A DNA stretch of 64,000 bases from Myxococcota bacterium (GCA_039028615.1 JBCCHT010000014.1:32001-96000), one strand, 5' to 3'. Counted from the first letter of the stretch, positions 1 through 9,601 are shown. The notes: a model not told the origin generated them from the sequence alone. Numbers and translations are program-made.

Positions 1-252
1 GTCGTCGACCTCTTGGAGCAAGGTCGCGACCTTGGGCGACGGGGGGCACAGGGCCGCCGCCGGGTCGTGGAACTCGAACTCTTCGGCTTCGAGGCGCGCC
101 ACGATTTTCTCGAGGTTGGCGCGGACGCGTCGCATGGTCTCGGCCGCCACCGCCTGGACGTCGGCCACGACTTCGGGCGTCGCCGCGACGTCGTAGATGT
201 CCTCCCAGACCTCTTGGTGCTCACCGGCCAGATATCGTTCGAGTAGCGTCAT
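1..252 (-). CDS. Probable immunity protein for the RHS toxin (possibly SUKH/SMI1-KNR4-like), 3' end truncated by the window edge
   Basis: Not in the ORF track; translated by hand from ATG at 252: MTLLERYLAGEHQEVWEDIYDVAATPEVVADVQAVAAETMRRVRANLEKIVARLEAEEFEFHDP... It starts 30 bp downstream of the RHS stop on the same strand. The immunity role is inferred from position. Confidence 0.6.
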   Translation of the reverse strand, partial: MTLLERYLAGEHQEVWEDIYDVAATPEVVADVQAVAAETMRRVRANLEKIVARLEAEEFEFHDPAAALCPPSPKVATLLQEVDD

Positions 253-282
253 GATGCCCTTGGAGTTGCGCCGCGCAGTGTC

Positions 283-3200
283 TCAGCTGCTGCCGTCTTC
301 GGGATAGGTCCACGGAGAACCGGTCTCCTTTTTACGCTCACGGCGATAGTCGTTGAAGTCTTTCTTGTCCCGACGATGCTCCGGGATGGTGTCGCTCATC
401 GGCGGGTCGGTCGAGGGCGGCCGCGGCCGGCCCGACGTGTCGGTGTTGTTCATCGCCTTCTTGCAGCCCGCGCAGCAGCCCCGGGTGGGCGCTCCCGCGA
501 CGACCTTCTCCCCTTCCTTCAGCGACCGCGCCCCCCGTTGCTCCGCGTGGTGCTTGGACGATCCCTTGGGATGCGGCTCGGGACTCCGAGTCGGCCGCCC
601 ATCGGCGCCCTTTTTCATGGGGCGCGGCGGGTCGGGAGCGCGGAACTCTTCGCCCGGCTTCAAGCCGATGGGCTTCGGGGCCTTCTGGTGGTCGGTGGAC
701 GAGGTGATGACCGCCTTGTTCTTGCCGTCCGGCCCCTTGACGACCTGCACGTGGAAGGTCTCCGAGCTGCCTTTGCGTTGGTTGGCCCGGATCTCGTCGG
801 CCCGCATCTCGGCGTAGCGCTTGGGGTTGTTCTGGATGTCGGCCGGGTCGGGTGCCTTGGGTCGCGTCCCGGGTTTCTTGGCCCCCTTCGTCGGCCCCTT
901 GGAGCCCGCCTTACCCCCGCCTTTGCCCGTGTGCTTGGTCAGGCCGATGACGTCCACGTCGAGCAGCGGGTTGCTCGGATAGGCGTAGACGTTCAGGCCC
1001 CCCGCCTGCCCCAGCGGATCGCTCTGCAGATATCGACCGAGGCGGGGGTCGTAGTAGCGATAGCGGTTGTAGTGCAGCCCGACGGAGGCGTCGTAGTAGT
1101 GCCCCGGCCAGCGCAGCGCGAAGTCGATCTCGGCGTCGGCGACCTCGATCTCGCCGTAGGGATCGACGTAGGCCGCCCACCACACGGTCCGGCCCGAGGC
1201 GTCCTCGATCCGCAGCGGTTGACCGACCTGGTCGTAGAAGACCGCGTAGACCCGCCCGCGCTCGGGCTCGTCTTGGAGGTCGTCGTAGTCGACGAACACG
1301 ACCGGCTGCATCGCGTCCGCGCTCGCGTACACGTAGACCCGTAGCCGCCCGTCGGAGCGCAGCTCTGCCGCGAGGCGCTCACCGTCCCAGTAAAACCGAG
1401 TCTGGTCCTCCCCTCGCCCGCACGCCAGCCGGCGGCCCCAGGCGTCGTACGCCGCGGTCCACGGTTCTTCGCCGTCGTCCTCGACGCGCACCAGCATGCC
1501 CAGCGGGTCGTAGTGGTAGCGGGTCGTGGTCTCGCCGTCGTCGCGCGTGGCGAGGTGGAAGCGATCGTCGTAGGTGAAGGTCTCGCCGTTGGCTGCGACG
1601 ATCTGGTTGTCGGCGCCGAGGGTGACGTTGCCAAGCCCCGGCTTGTCCCGCAGGTTGCCCGCCTCGTCGTGCACGAAATCGACGCGCCCCCGCGGGCCGT
1701 CCTCCCCGACCAAGCGGTGCGCGTCGTCGACCTCGTAGCGCGTCGTGCCCCGGATCGAGTCCTCGACCTGCAGCACGTCGCCCTCGGTCGACCGCGTGTA
1801 GCGAATCGTGTCGCACCGCACCTGCCCGTCATCGGTGATGCGTGTGCCGATGCGAACCGAGCAGTGCCCGCGGTCGTCGTATTCGGAGAGCTCTCGGGAG
1901 CCGTTTGCGTGCTCGCGCAGCACCAAGCTGCCTCGATCACGACGAATGGTGTGGGTCCCTCCGGTCGGGTCCACCACGACCACCCCGACGTCGCGCCCCG
2001 TCTCGTCGATCAGCGGCCGGGTCCCGATGGGAAAGCGCCCCAGCACCATCGAGGTCCGGCGTCGTCCGCCGCGGGAATGCTCGATGCCGAGGCCATCGAC
2101 GCGATCGGCGAGCACACGCCCCAGGTGGTCACGCTCGATGTGGACATCGTGCTCGTCGGTCGACACCACGGTGGGGTTGCCGGCCCGGTCGTGCTCGAGC
2201 GTGTGCGTGTGACCGTCGGCCAGAGTGCGGCCGGAGACGAGACAGCGATGGTCGTACGAAAGCTCGACCAGCGCGTCGCCGTGCGCATCGCGAATCTCGA
2301 CCAGGCGATCCTGGGGGTCGTGGATGTGCTCTTCTTCGACCCCGCCCGCGCGACGGATGCGGATCAGCCGGTCCTGCGCGTCGTAGTCGTAGTGAGTCTC
2401 GTTGCCGAGCGGATCGGTGATGCAGGTGACTTCTTCGCGCGGCGAGTAGGCGTACCCGACGGTATGGCCCAGCGGGTCGATCTCGGCCGTGATCAGGTTC
2501 CAGCGCTCGGTCTTGCGCTCGTAGACCTTGCCGTCGGCATCGCGGTGACGGATGGCGTGCTCCGAGTGGCCGTAGTTCCAGCGATGGACCCGCCCCGCGG
2601 CATCGCGGCGCTCGATGAGTCGACCCAGGCGGTCGTAGTGCTCGGCCACCGCGGCCACGGAGTGCCCCGGGTCCCGCAGGCGAACCAGGCCTCGAGCCAC
2701 GCCCTGTGCCTCGGCCGGCAGGTGCTGGAGCAGCCGCGGGTCTCCGCCCAGCGTGGCCTCGTCGGCGGGAACGGGCCCGACCTCGCGCTGCAGCGGAGTC
2801 TCTGGCCACGCGGGCGCCATGGGGTCGGCGGTGAACGGAGCCTCCCACTCGGTCGGGAACCGGTTGCCGAAGCGATCGACGCGCTGGAAGTGCGCACCGT
2901 CGTCGTCGTACAGCCAGGTCATGGCGCGGCCGCCCGCGTCGACTTCGCCCACGATCCGTCCCTGGTCGTCGACCTCCCAGGTCTCGACCCCGCCGTCGGG
3001 CAGCACCCGCTCGGTGATGCGATGGTTCTGGTCGTAGCGCAGGACGAAGCGCGCGCCGTCCTGCAACAGGTGCGTCTCCCGCTGTTGCGGGTGGTACTCC
3101 ATGCGGCACGCCCACAGGCCATCGCGCCCGCTCGTCTCCACACAGCGGCCCTTGGCGTCGTAGGCCCAGGTGTACTCGTAGCCGCCGGGGTCTTGGCGGC

Positions 3201-4530
3201 GCGTCATCAACCGTCGCGCATCGAACTCGTAGCCCGACATTCGCCGCTCGGCGTCCATCGAGCGCATGAGCAGGCCCTGCCGCGCGTCGTAGCCGTAGCG
3301 GACGACCGCTTCGATCCCGGTGTCCGCCCGACGCCACACCGCCACGAGCAACCCCTGCGAGTCGTACTCGAGCGAGAACACGATGCGCTGCGCCTCGGGC
3401 CAGCTGCGGTCCCGCTCGATGAATCCGACCAGGCGCTGCTCGTCGTAGCGCAGCTCGAGGTCACGCGAGCCTTGGTGCACCGACGACAGGTACGCGACGC
3501 CCTGGCGCTGCGTGGTCGGCAGCGCGAAGCGAAGAGTGGGCTTGCCCCGCCGCAGAAGCTCCGCCACATCGGTGCGACCGGACACGAGCCGCAGGGTCAT
3601 GCCCCCGGACTTGGTGCTGCGCCGAGCCGCCGAGAGCGGCTCGAAGTCCACCTCGACGTCTTCGTTGTCGCGGTACCGCCAGGCCTGAGGAAAAAGCTCG
3701 AGCGTCTGCTCGTAGGCGTGGGTGAACCCGTAGCCCAGCGGCCCGAGCCGGTCGCGCTTGGCGGTGGAGTAGTGCCGCGAGAAGCGAAACAGCCCCCCCG
3801 GCTCGACCATGTCGTCGACGTCGAAGAACTGCGCGCCCGTGATCAGGTTGATGGGCTCACCGCCGAGGGTCAGCTTGCCGCCGAAGAGCTTGACCCCGCG
3901 CCCGCACTTGGTGCGCTTGGTGATCTTGAGCTTCTTGTTGAGGAACTTCAGCCCCTTGAGGGCCGGGCCGGCCAAGCCGATGAGCGCGAGCGGGTTGCCC
4001 GTCTTGGCGAAGTTGTACAGCGCGAGCAAGGGTCCCAGCCCCACGCGCCCCGCCAACGCGGTCAGCGATACCGTCGGAGCCCCGCCCACCGTCACGCCGC
4101 TGGGCACCGCCAGCACCACCGTGGTCGGCAAGACGAGGCTCGGCAGCATCGAACGCGGCGGCCGAGGCACGGGCGGCCCGCCCACGTCCCAGCAGCTCAG
4201 CAGCGGCAGCGCCATGTAGCTGAACGGGTCGCCATCCGCCGTCACGCTGGCGCTGCCCATGAACATCTCGGAGTCGTTCGCGGGTGGTTTGACGAAGGTG
4301 CCCCCGATCGGGGTGTGCTCGGGCATCATCTTCGAGCCCGTGCCCGCCACCGCGCGCGGTAGCCCACCGACCTTCACCGTCGCGCCGATGTAGGGCGCCA
4401 GGTCGAAGGGGTCGAAGAGCATGCCCGTATGCGGGTGCGGGACCGGTACGGGCGGCACCGTCCCCGGCGGCTGCACGATGTGCACATCGACCCCGACGAT
4501 CGGGTCGAGCATCTTGGCCGCGGGCATCAT
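283..4530 (-). CDS. PAAR-like/RHS repeat polymorphic toxin with C-terminal deaminase-like domain
   Basis: N-terminal PAAR-like region (MLDPIVGVDVH...), YD repeats, RHS core end LRWPGHYYD..GLHYNRYRYYDPRLGRYLQSDPLG...NPLLDVDVIGL, then a variable C-terminus containing HAEQ...GCCAGC. Confidence 0.92.
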   Translation of the reverse strand: MMPAAKMLDPIVGVDVHIVQPPGTVPPVPVPHPHTGMLFDPFDLAPYIGATVKVGGLPRAVAGTGSKMMPEHTPIGGTFVKPPANDSEMFMGSASVTADGDPFSYMALPLLSCWDVGGPPVPRPPRSMLPSLVLPTTVVLAVPSGVTVGGAPTVSLTALAGRVGLGPLLALYNFAKTGNPLALIGLAGPALKGLKFLNKKLKITKRTKCGRGVKLFGGKLTLGGEPINLITGAQFFDVDDMVEPGGLFRFSRHYSTAKRDRLGPLGYGFTHAYEQTLELFPQAWRYRDNEDVEVDFEPLSAARRSTKSGGMTLRLVSGRTDVAELLRRGKPTLRFALPTTQRQGVAYLSSVHQGSRDLELRYDEQRLVGFIERDRSWPEAQRIVFSLEYDSQGLLVAVWRRADTGIEAVVRYGYDARQGLLMRSMDAERRMSGYEFDARRLMTRRQDPGGYEYTWAYDAKGRCVETSGRDGLWACRMEYHPQQRETHLLQDGARFVLRYDQNHRITERVLPDGGVETWEVDDQGRIVGEVDAGGRAMTWLYDDDGAHFQRVDRFGNRFPTEWEAPFTADPMAPAWPETPLQREVGPVPADEATLGGDPRLLQHLPAEAQGVARGLVRLRDPGHSVAAVAEHYDRLGRLIERRDAAGRVHRWNYGHSEHAIRHRDADGKVYERKTERWNLITAEIDPLGHTVGYAYSPREEVTCITDPLGNETHYDYDAQDRLIRIRRAGGVEEEHIHDPQDRLVEIRDAHGDALVELSYDHRCLVSGRTLADGHTHTLEHDRAGNPTVVSTDEHDVHIERDHLGRVLADRVDGLGIEHSRGGRRRTSMVLGRFPIGTRPLIDETGRDVGVVVVDPTGGTHTIRRDRGSLVLREHANGSRELSEYDDRGHCSVRIGTRITDDGQVRCDTIRYTRSTEGDVLQVEDSIRGTTRYEVDDAHRLVGEDGPRGRVDFVHDEAGNLRDKPGLGNVTLGADNQIVAANGETFTYDDRFHLATRDDGETTTRYHYDPLGMLVRVEDDGEEPWTAAYDAWGRRLACGRGEDQTRFYWDGERLAAELRSDGRLRVYVYASADAMQPVVFVDYDDLQDEPERGRVYAVFYDQVGQPLRIEDASGRTVWWAAYVDPYGEIEVADAEIDFALRWPGHYYDASVGLHYNRYRYYDPRLGRYLQSDPLGQAGGLNVYAYPSNPLLDVDVIGLTKHTGKGGGKAGSKGPTKGAKKPGTRPKAPDPADIQNNPKRYAEMRADEIRANQRKGSSETFHVQVVKGPDGKNKAVITSSTDHQKAPKPIGLKPGEEFRAPDPPRPMKKGADGRPTRSPEPHPKGSSKHHAEQRGARSLKEGEKVVAGAPTRGCCAGCKKAMNNTDTSGRPRPPSTDPPMSDTIPEHRRDKKDFNDYRRERKKETGSPWTYPEDGSS

Positions 4531-5942
4531 GCGTCCGGCCCTCCCGTGGGCGAAGGCTCCGAAAGCTCTGGCGGCACCGTCTCGACCGGGGGCGGGTTGC
4601 TCTCCAGCGGCGACGGCTCGTTCGGATTCACGTCGTCGGGCGGCTCACCCGGCCGAGCCTGCTCGCGCCAGGCCGGCCCCAGCAGCCGCGTCATCTCCCG
4701 CTCCACCACGGGGGCCTGGCCGCGGCGACTTCGGTGCTCGCACATGCGCAGCATCGCCTCGCCCACGAAGGCCAGCGTGGTGGTGCTGCGATCCTCCTGC
4801 GGAATGCGGTCGCCGATCGCCAGCGCAGCCACGCTCTGCTCCCATGCCGCATCGATCTCACCGCGTTGCTCGTTGCAGTAGGCCGCCATCCGCTGGGTCT
4901 CGAGCTGCATGCGGAGGTCCCCCATCGCCTCCGCCACGGGCCGTGCCTGCTCCCCGTAGATCTCTGCCCCCAAGGGCCAGCTCGCCGTCGCGACGCACAC
5001 ACTGCCCGAGCCGAGTCGGGCCTGGAGCATCAGCTGCAGCCCCCACCGCTCCCCCGCATCATGGGCATCGCGCGCGATGACGTCGGCTCGACGATAGCGC
5101 TCCATCGCCTCCGGGTACTGCTGCACCCCCACGTGGCCGCTGGCCAAGGTGGTATGCGCGGCCACGACCAGGTGGCCCCAGCCCTGCGACTGAGCAATGG
5201 CCACCGCCCGATCCGCGTGCGGAACCGCGGCCGCGATGTCCCGGCGCCCCATCGCGTTGCCCATCTCCAGGTACGCCTGCCGGAACTGCCCCGGAGGGTC
5301 GTCGACCCCCGCCTCTTCGTTGAGCTCGACCAGGGCGCCCGGCATGTCGAGGTCGGCATCGACGGTATGCACCTGCGGTGGCGGCGAAAGCTCGTGCGCC
5401 ACCGGGAACGCGATGCGCTCGGCCAGCACCAAGCGCAGCGAGGGGTCGTCGAAGGCCTGCACCGCGTCGTTGAGCCACGTGGTGAACGCGGCCCGATCGG
5501 AGACGCTCTTGGGATGCAGCAGCAACGACAGGTGGCGCAGCAGCGGCTGATGGTGCTCGTGAAACGACGCCGCCGTACCGCGCAGGTAGGCGATGTCGAG
5601 CGGCCCCTGGTTTGGCGACCGCGGAGGCGGAGGCGGACCCCAGCTCGTATCGGCCATGCCCGCGGCGCCCAGCGGCTCGCGCAGCGCCTCGTAGAGCTCG
5701 GCGATCTCGGCCACCAGCGCCATGCCGTAGCGCCCTGGATCCTCGAAGGGACTGTCGAGCAACAACAGCAGGTCTTCGGTCTGCCCCTCGATGGCCTCGA
5801 CCTGCACGAACGCATCGAGCATCCGCCGCTCGTCCTCGGCCAGGCGCCAGCGCAGCAAGCGTGCCTGCTCGTCGGACACGAACGCCATGTACTGCTCGCG
5901 TAGCAGCCCCAGGCGCCGCTCGATGGGATTTGGCTCGGCCAC
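4527..5942 (-). CDS. Uncharacterised helical/TPR-like protein between vgrG and RHS; candidate effector adaptor/chaperone
   Basis: 471-aa ORF with TPR-like helices in the C-terminal half; 4-nt overlap with the RHS start and 15 bp from the vgrG stop. Confidence 0.7.
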   Translation of the reverse strand: MAEPNPIERRLGLLREQYMAFVSDEQARLLRWRLAEDERRMLDAFVQVEAIEGQTEDLLLLLDSPFEDPGRYGMALVAEIAELYEALREPLGAAGMADTSWGPPPPPRSPNQGPLDIAYLRGTAASFHEHHQPLLRHLSLLLHPKSVSDRAAFTTWLNDAVQAFDDPSLRLVLAERIAFPVAHELSPPPQVHTVDADLDMPGALVELNEEAGVDDPPGQFRQAYLEMGNAMGRRDIAAAVPHADRAVAIAQSQGWGHLVVAAHTTLASGHVGVQQYPEAMERYRRADVIARDAHDAGERWGLQLMLQARLGSGSVCVATASWPLGAEIYGEQARPVAEAMGDLRMQLETQRMAAYCNEQRGEIDAAWEQSVAALAIGDRIPQEDRSTTTLAFVGEAMLRMCEHRSRRGQAPVVEREMTRLLGPAWREQARPGEPPDDVNPNEPSPLESNPPPVETVPPELSEPSPTGGPDA

Positions 5943-5957
5943 CGAGTTCTCCGCTCC

Positions 5958-8228
5958 CTAGTTGAGCTTGATGGCCCCGCCCGCCACGTTGACCGCCCCC
6001 GAGCCGGTCACGTTGACGGTCGGCGCGGTCACGTCGGCCTTGCCCTTGCCCATGACCTTGGCCGCGGCGCCGAACATCGCCGCGTCGGCGGTGAGCTGCA
6101 CCGCGCCCCCCGACTTGGACTGGCACGTGGTGGTCGCCCCGGTGATCGTCGCGTCCGCGGTGAAGAAGCCGCTGCCGCCCCCCGACGCCTGGATCAGCGC
6201 CTTGCCGTCCAGGAACACCTTGCTGCCTCCGCTGCTCTGGGTCAGCGCGTTGCCGTCGAGCTTGACCTGGCTGCCTCCGCTGCTCGAGGTCAGCGCGTTG
6301 CCATCGAGCAACACCTTGCTGCCCGCCGACGACTGCATCAGCGCGTTGCCGTCGAGCACGATCTGAGCCCCGCCCCCTGCCTTGAGCGTGATCTTCCCCG
6401 GCTCGAGCGTGATGGACGACCCGGGACACGACAGCGTGATCGAGTTCGGCGCGCTCATGAACGCGGTGCTGCTGGCGGTGACCTTGTAGTCCCCCGTGAC
6501 CGCCGTGGAGCTGCCCTTGAACCCCGGGTCTTTGTTGTCCCCCGCGCTCGCCCCCTTCCCGACCTTGGCTGGCGCGCCCTTGATCTCGAGGATCTGGTTG
6601 CCGTCGACGGTGATCTTCTGGTTGCCCCCGACCTGGAGCGTCTGGTGCAGATCGACGGTGGTGCTCTGGTCGTGCTTGACCTTCACGTTGAGGTCGCGCT
6701 GCGCGTGGATGTAGACCTCCTCCGCCCCCGACGCGTCCTCGAAGCGCAGCTCGTTGTAGCCGTCTCCCCCCGGGCTACTGTTGGTCTTGATGGTGCTCTT
6801 GGTCTTCTCGCCCGGCAGCGGGTACGGCGGAAGATGGCGGCCGTTGTAGACGCAGCCGGTCACCAGCGGCCGATCCGGGTTGCCCTCGAGGAACTCGACC
6901 AACACCTCCATGTCGACCCGCGGGATGAACATCGCCCCCCAGCTGGGGCCCGCCCAGGTCTGCGCCACGCGGACCCAGCACGACGAGGTGTCGTCGCGGG
7001 AGCCCAGCCGGTCCCAGTGCATGAAGATCTTGATTCGTCCCTGGTCGTCGGTGTGAATCTCCTCGCCGGGCGGACCGGTGACCGTGGCCGTCTGCGGTCC
7101 TTCGACCAGCGGCCGCCGTGTCCTTCGTGGCGGGCGATACGGCACCTCGCTGGGGATGCACTCGAAGGTGTTGTCGTACTGATACTCCGATCCCCGCTGC
7201 CCCCGAGAATCGGTCTGCTCTCCGCGGTGGATCACCCGCGTGATGAGGTACGGGCGATTGACCTCGTCGTAGCCGTGGTCGAACAGCTCGAAGGTCCGCC
7301 CCACGGAAAACCCGGTCACGTTGCCCTGGCCCCGCCCCTGCCGGCCGCCCATGCCGTGACGTTCACGCTCGCGCACGGCGAGCGCATCGCCATCGTCGAG
7401 CACGAAACGCCGGGTCATGTGCTGATAGGCCTCCCGCTCGCGGCCGCGCTCGTCGGGCTCCGCCGCGTCGTAGCGGATCGGATCGACAGGCTGCAGGTGG
7501 TCGTAGTCGAGCCGAGCGATCGACGTGGTGTGCAGCCGCCGACGCCACTCGAAAGACCCGACGTACTCGAGGTCGGGCGCCTCCGTCGGATGGGCGAGCG
7601 GAATTTCGGCCAGCCCGTCGAGCGTCTGCACGGGCGTGTAAGACTCGTTGGCGTCGACCAGGACCATCACCTCGTGCTCGCCGCCATGGTCGAAGTGAAA
7701 GGCGATGCCCTCCTCTTCCATCAACCGCGTGGCAAAGGTCAGGTCGCTCTCTCGGTACTGCACGCAGTAATCCCGCGCGTCGTAGCGCCCCCGCAGCTTC
7801 ATCTCGAGCGTGCGACCATGCGCGGCGAGGCGCGGCTCGAGCACCGACTGGAGGATCTCCGGCACGCTCATCTCCTGGAAGATCCGGGAGTCGGTGCCGA
7901 GCGAGCACATCCACAGCGCGGGGACCACCACCGCGCGCACGTGCAGGCGATCGTCGGCCACGCCCAGCCAGTCGAGCTGACACACCAGGCCGAAAACGCT
8001 GCGGGCCTGCGGCTCCCGCTCGATGATCAGCTCGCACGACGCCCCCAAGAGCGCTTCCGCATCCGTATCGACATCCCCCGTCGACAGCTCGAGCTCCAGC
8101 GAGAACGGAGCCGACAGCTGCTCGACCAGCTGCATGCGTCGCACGTACCAGTCGGCGTTGGGACCATCGGTGGTGCTGAACTCGTAGCGAACAGGAGCGA
8201 GGACCCCGGAAGGCGATGCGTCGGACAT
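5958..8228 (-). CDS. vgrG: Type VI secretion tip protein VgrG
   Basis: Hallmark motifs YCVQYRESDLTFATRLMEEEGI, GPQTATVTGPPGEEIHTDDQGRIK, SCWVRVAQ.WAG..WG..FIPR..MEVLVEFLEGNPDRPLVTGCVYN and NELRFED..G.EEVYIHAQRD. Confidence 0.96.
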   Translation of the reverse strand: MSDASPSGVLAPVRYEFSTTDGPNADWYVRRMQLVEQLSAPFSLELELSTGDVDTDAEALLGASCELIIEREPQARSVFGLVCQLDWLGVADDRLHVRAVVVPALWMCSLGTDSRIFQEMSVPEILQSVLEPRLAAHGRTLEMKLRGRYDARDYCVQYRESDLTFATRLMEEEGIAFHFDHGGEHEVMVLVDANESYTPVQTLDGLAEIPLAHPTEAPDLEYVGSFEWRRRLHTTSIARLDYDHLQPVDPIRYDAAEPDERGREREAYQHMTRRFVLDDGDALAVRERERHGMGGRQGRGQGNVTGFSVGRTFELFDHGYDEVNRPYLITRVIHRGEQTDSRGQRGSEYQYDNTFECIPSEVPYRPPRRTRRPLVEGPQTATVTGPPGEEIHTDDQGRIKIFMHWDRLGSRDDTSSCWVRVAQTWAGPSWGAMFIPRVDMEVLVEFLEGNPDRPLVTGCVYNGRHLPPYPLPGEKTKSTIKTNSSPGGDGYNELRFEDASGAEEVYIHAQRDLNVKVKHDQSTTVDLHQTLQVGGNQKITVDGNQILEIKGAPAKVGKGASAGDNKDPGFKGSSTAVTGDYKVTASSTAFMSAPNSITLSCPGSSITLEPGKITLKAGGGAQIVLDGNALMQSSAGSKVLLDGNALTSSSGGSQVKLDGNALTQSSGGSKVFLDGKALIQASGGGSGFFTADATITGATTTCQSKSGGAVQLTADAAMFGAAAKVMGKGKADVTAPTVNVTGSGAVNVAGGAIKLN
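6178..6378 (-). repeat. Four imperfect 45-bp (15-aa) tandem repeats in the VgrG C-terminal spike
   Basis: GAQIVLDGNALMQSSA / GSKVLLDGNALTSSSG / GSQVKLDGNALTQSSG / GSKVFLDGKALIQASG; the DNA motif cagcgcgttgcc recurs. Confidence 0.8.
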
Positions 8229-8514
8229 GTCGTGGCGCTCGGGTGCTCGAGGTGCAGGCGGGCTCGCGGGGGCGATGGCACGCCCTGAGGGACCCCGCTC
8301 GAGGTGAGCGGAGCCGTCACTGGGTCACGTGCCACCCGGCGCTCGATCAATTTGATTCGCGTCGATTTTTTTCGGGCCGAGGCAGCGGGCCACGTCCGCG
8401 CCTTCTTCGCACGACCGTTCTCGGCCTACTAGACGGCCGATTTCGCCGGTTTGGCTCCCGGGTCATCGCCGGGCAACATGGTCGCGGGCACCCGCGCTCC
8501 GCCTCGTTTTCACC

Positions 8515-9564
8515 CTACTCCTCGATGAGCGGTCCGGTGTTTTCCGGGTCGCAGTCGGGCTCGGCCGGGTTGCAGTAGAGGTTGGGCATCAGGTTGCCCG
8601 TCCACTTCGCCCGCAAGACGGCGTTGTTGTCGTTGTTGCCCGGATCGTTGTCCCAGAAGCTGAACCCGAAGCGCTCACGGTGGAACCACGGCCCGACGTG
8701 CCCGCCCCAGTAGCCCTCGGCGATGAGCGTGTTGCAGAAACCGCGCGACCACTTGAGCGCCCACGGGATGTTCGACTTCGGCCCGCTGAAGACCCCCTCG
8801 GACCCCGCCTGGGCGGTGCAGCTGGCGTGACCTTCGGGGAGGTAGGGCGCCTGATCCTCGGGATCGGGGATGAAGCTGGCGCCGCAGTGCGCATTGCCGG
8901 AGCCCTGGCAGGGCCCCGCCGCCGACCCCACCCGACCGGGATACTCCTCGTCCCACATCGTGGTGAACTTTCGTTCGTCGCCCCAAAGCGCGCGCGCGAA
9001 CATGCAGTGGTCCTTGTGGACTTGGCGATCTTCGCTCGTGTAGCCCACCAACGCCCGGACATGGTTGATCGCAATGCGATGCCACTCGTCGACCTCCGCC
9101 TTGGTGGGGTTGTCGATGTCCGCGAAGGGGTTGTGCTGATAGAAGACCTCGCGGATGCCTCGCACTCGGTCCACACTCGGGCACATCGCCTGCACGAACT
9201 CGTCGTGGGTCATCTGCGATGGGTTGTAGACCGTCCCGTCCCACTCGGCCGCCGCCCAGTCTTCGGCGCCGATCCAGCCGACGCCATCGGGGTCGTGGGC
9301 CGTGTTGACGTCGCCCTCGAAGGGCTTGGTGGCAAAGGTGTCCCAGTTCGCCTGATCGGGGGTGTACTGCTCCAGATCGCCCGGAGCGACGCTCGGAGCC
9401 CCGCTCTCGTCGGCCGCGGCGTCATCCGTTCCGTCGGCGCCGCCATCGACCGCGCTCGTGTTCGCAGCCCCATCGTCTTCGCCCGCGCCCGCGCCATCGT
9501 CTCCGCACGCCACCGCGCCGAGAGTCAGCGACAGCAATCCGACCCAACCCCTCCGAGACTTCAT
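8515..9564 (-). CDS. Lipoprotein, possibly with a divergent CAP/SCP-like domain
   Basis: Signal peptide with lipobox AVAC, acidic linker, and motifs INHVRALVG...SEGVFSG...GGHVGPW..RERFGFSF that resemble CAP domains. Confidence 0.65.
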   Translation of the reverse strand: MKSRRGWVGLLSLTLGAVACGDDGAGAGEDDGAANTSAVDGGADGTDDAAADESGAPSVAPGDLEQYTPDQANWDTFATKPFEGDVNTAHDPDGVGWIGAEDWAAAEWDGTVYNPSQMTHDEFVQAMCPSVDRVRGIREVFYQHNPFADIDNPTKAEVDEWHRIAINHVRALVGYTSEDRQVHKDHCMFARALWGDERKFTTMWDEEYPGRVGSAAGPCQGSGNAHCGASFIPDPEDQAPYLPEGHASCTAQAGSEGVFSGPKSNIPWALKWSRGFCNTLIAEGYWGGHVGPWFHRERFGFSFWDNDPGNNDNNAVLRAKWTGNLMPNLYCNPAEPDCDPENTGPLIEE

Positions 9565-9601
9565 CGCCCATCGAGGCTATCACCCGAGCGCTGCGCTCGG
9601 G

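Noticed and set aside
8320..8340. Sigma54 promoter upstream of vgrG (TGGCAC on the minus strand)
   Set aside because: There is no TTGC -12 box at the required spacing (it reads TGGCAC-GTGAC-CCAG).
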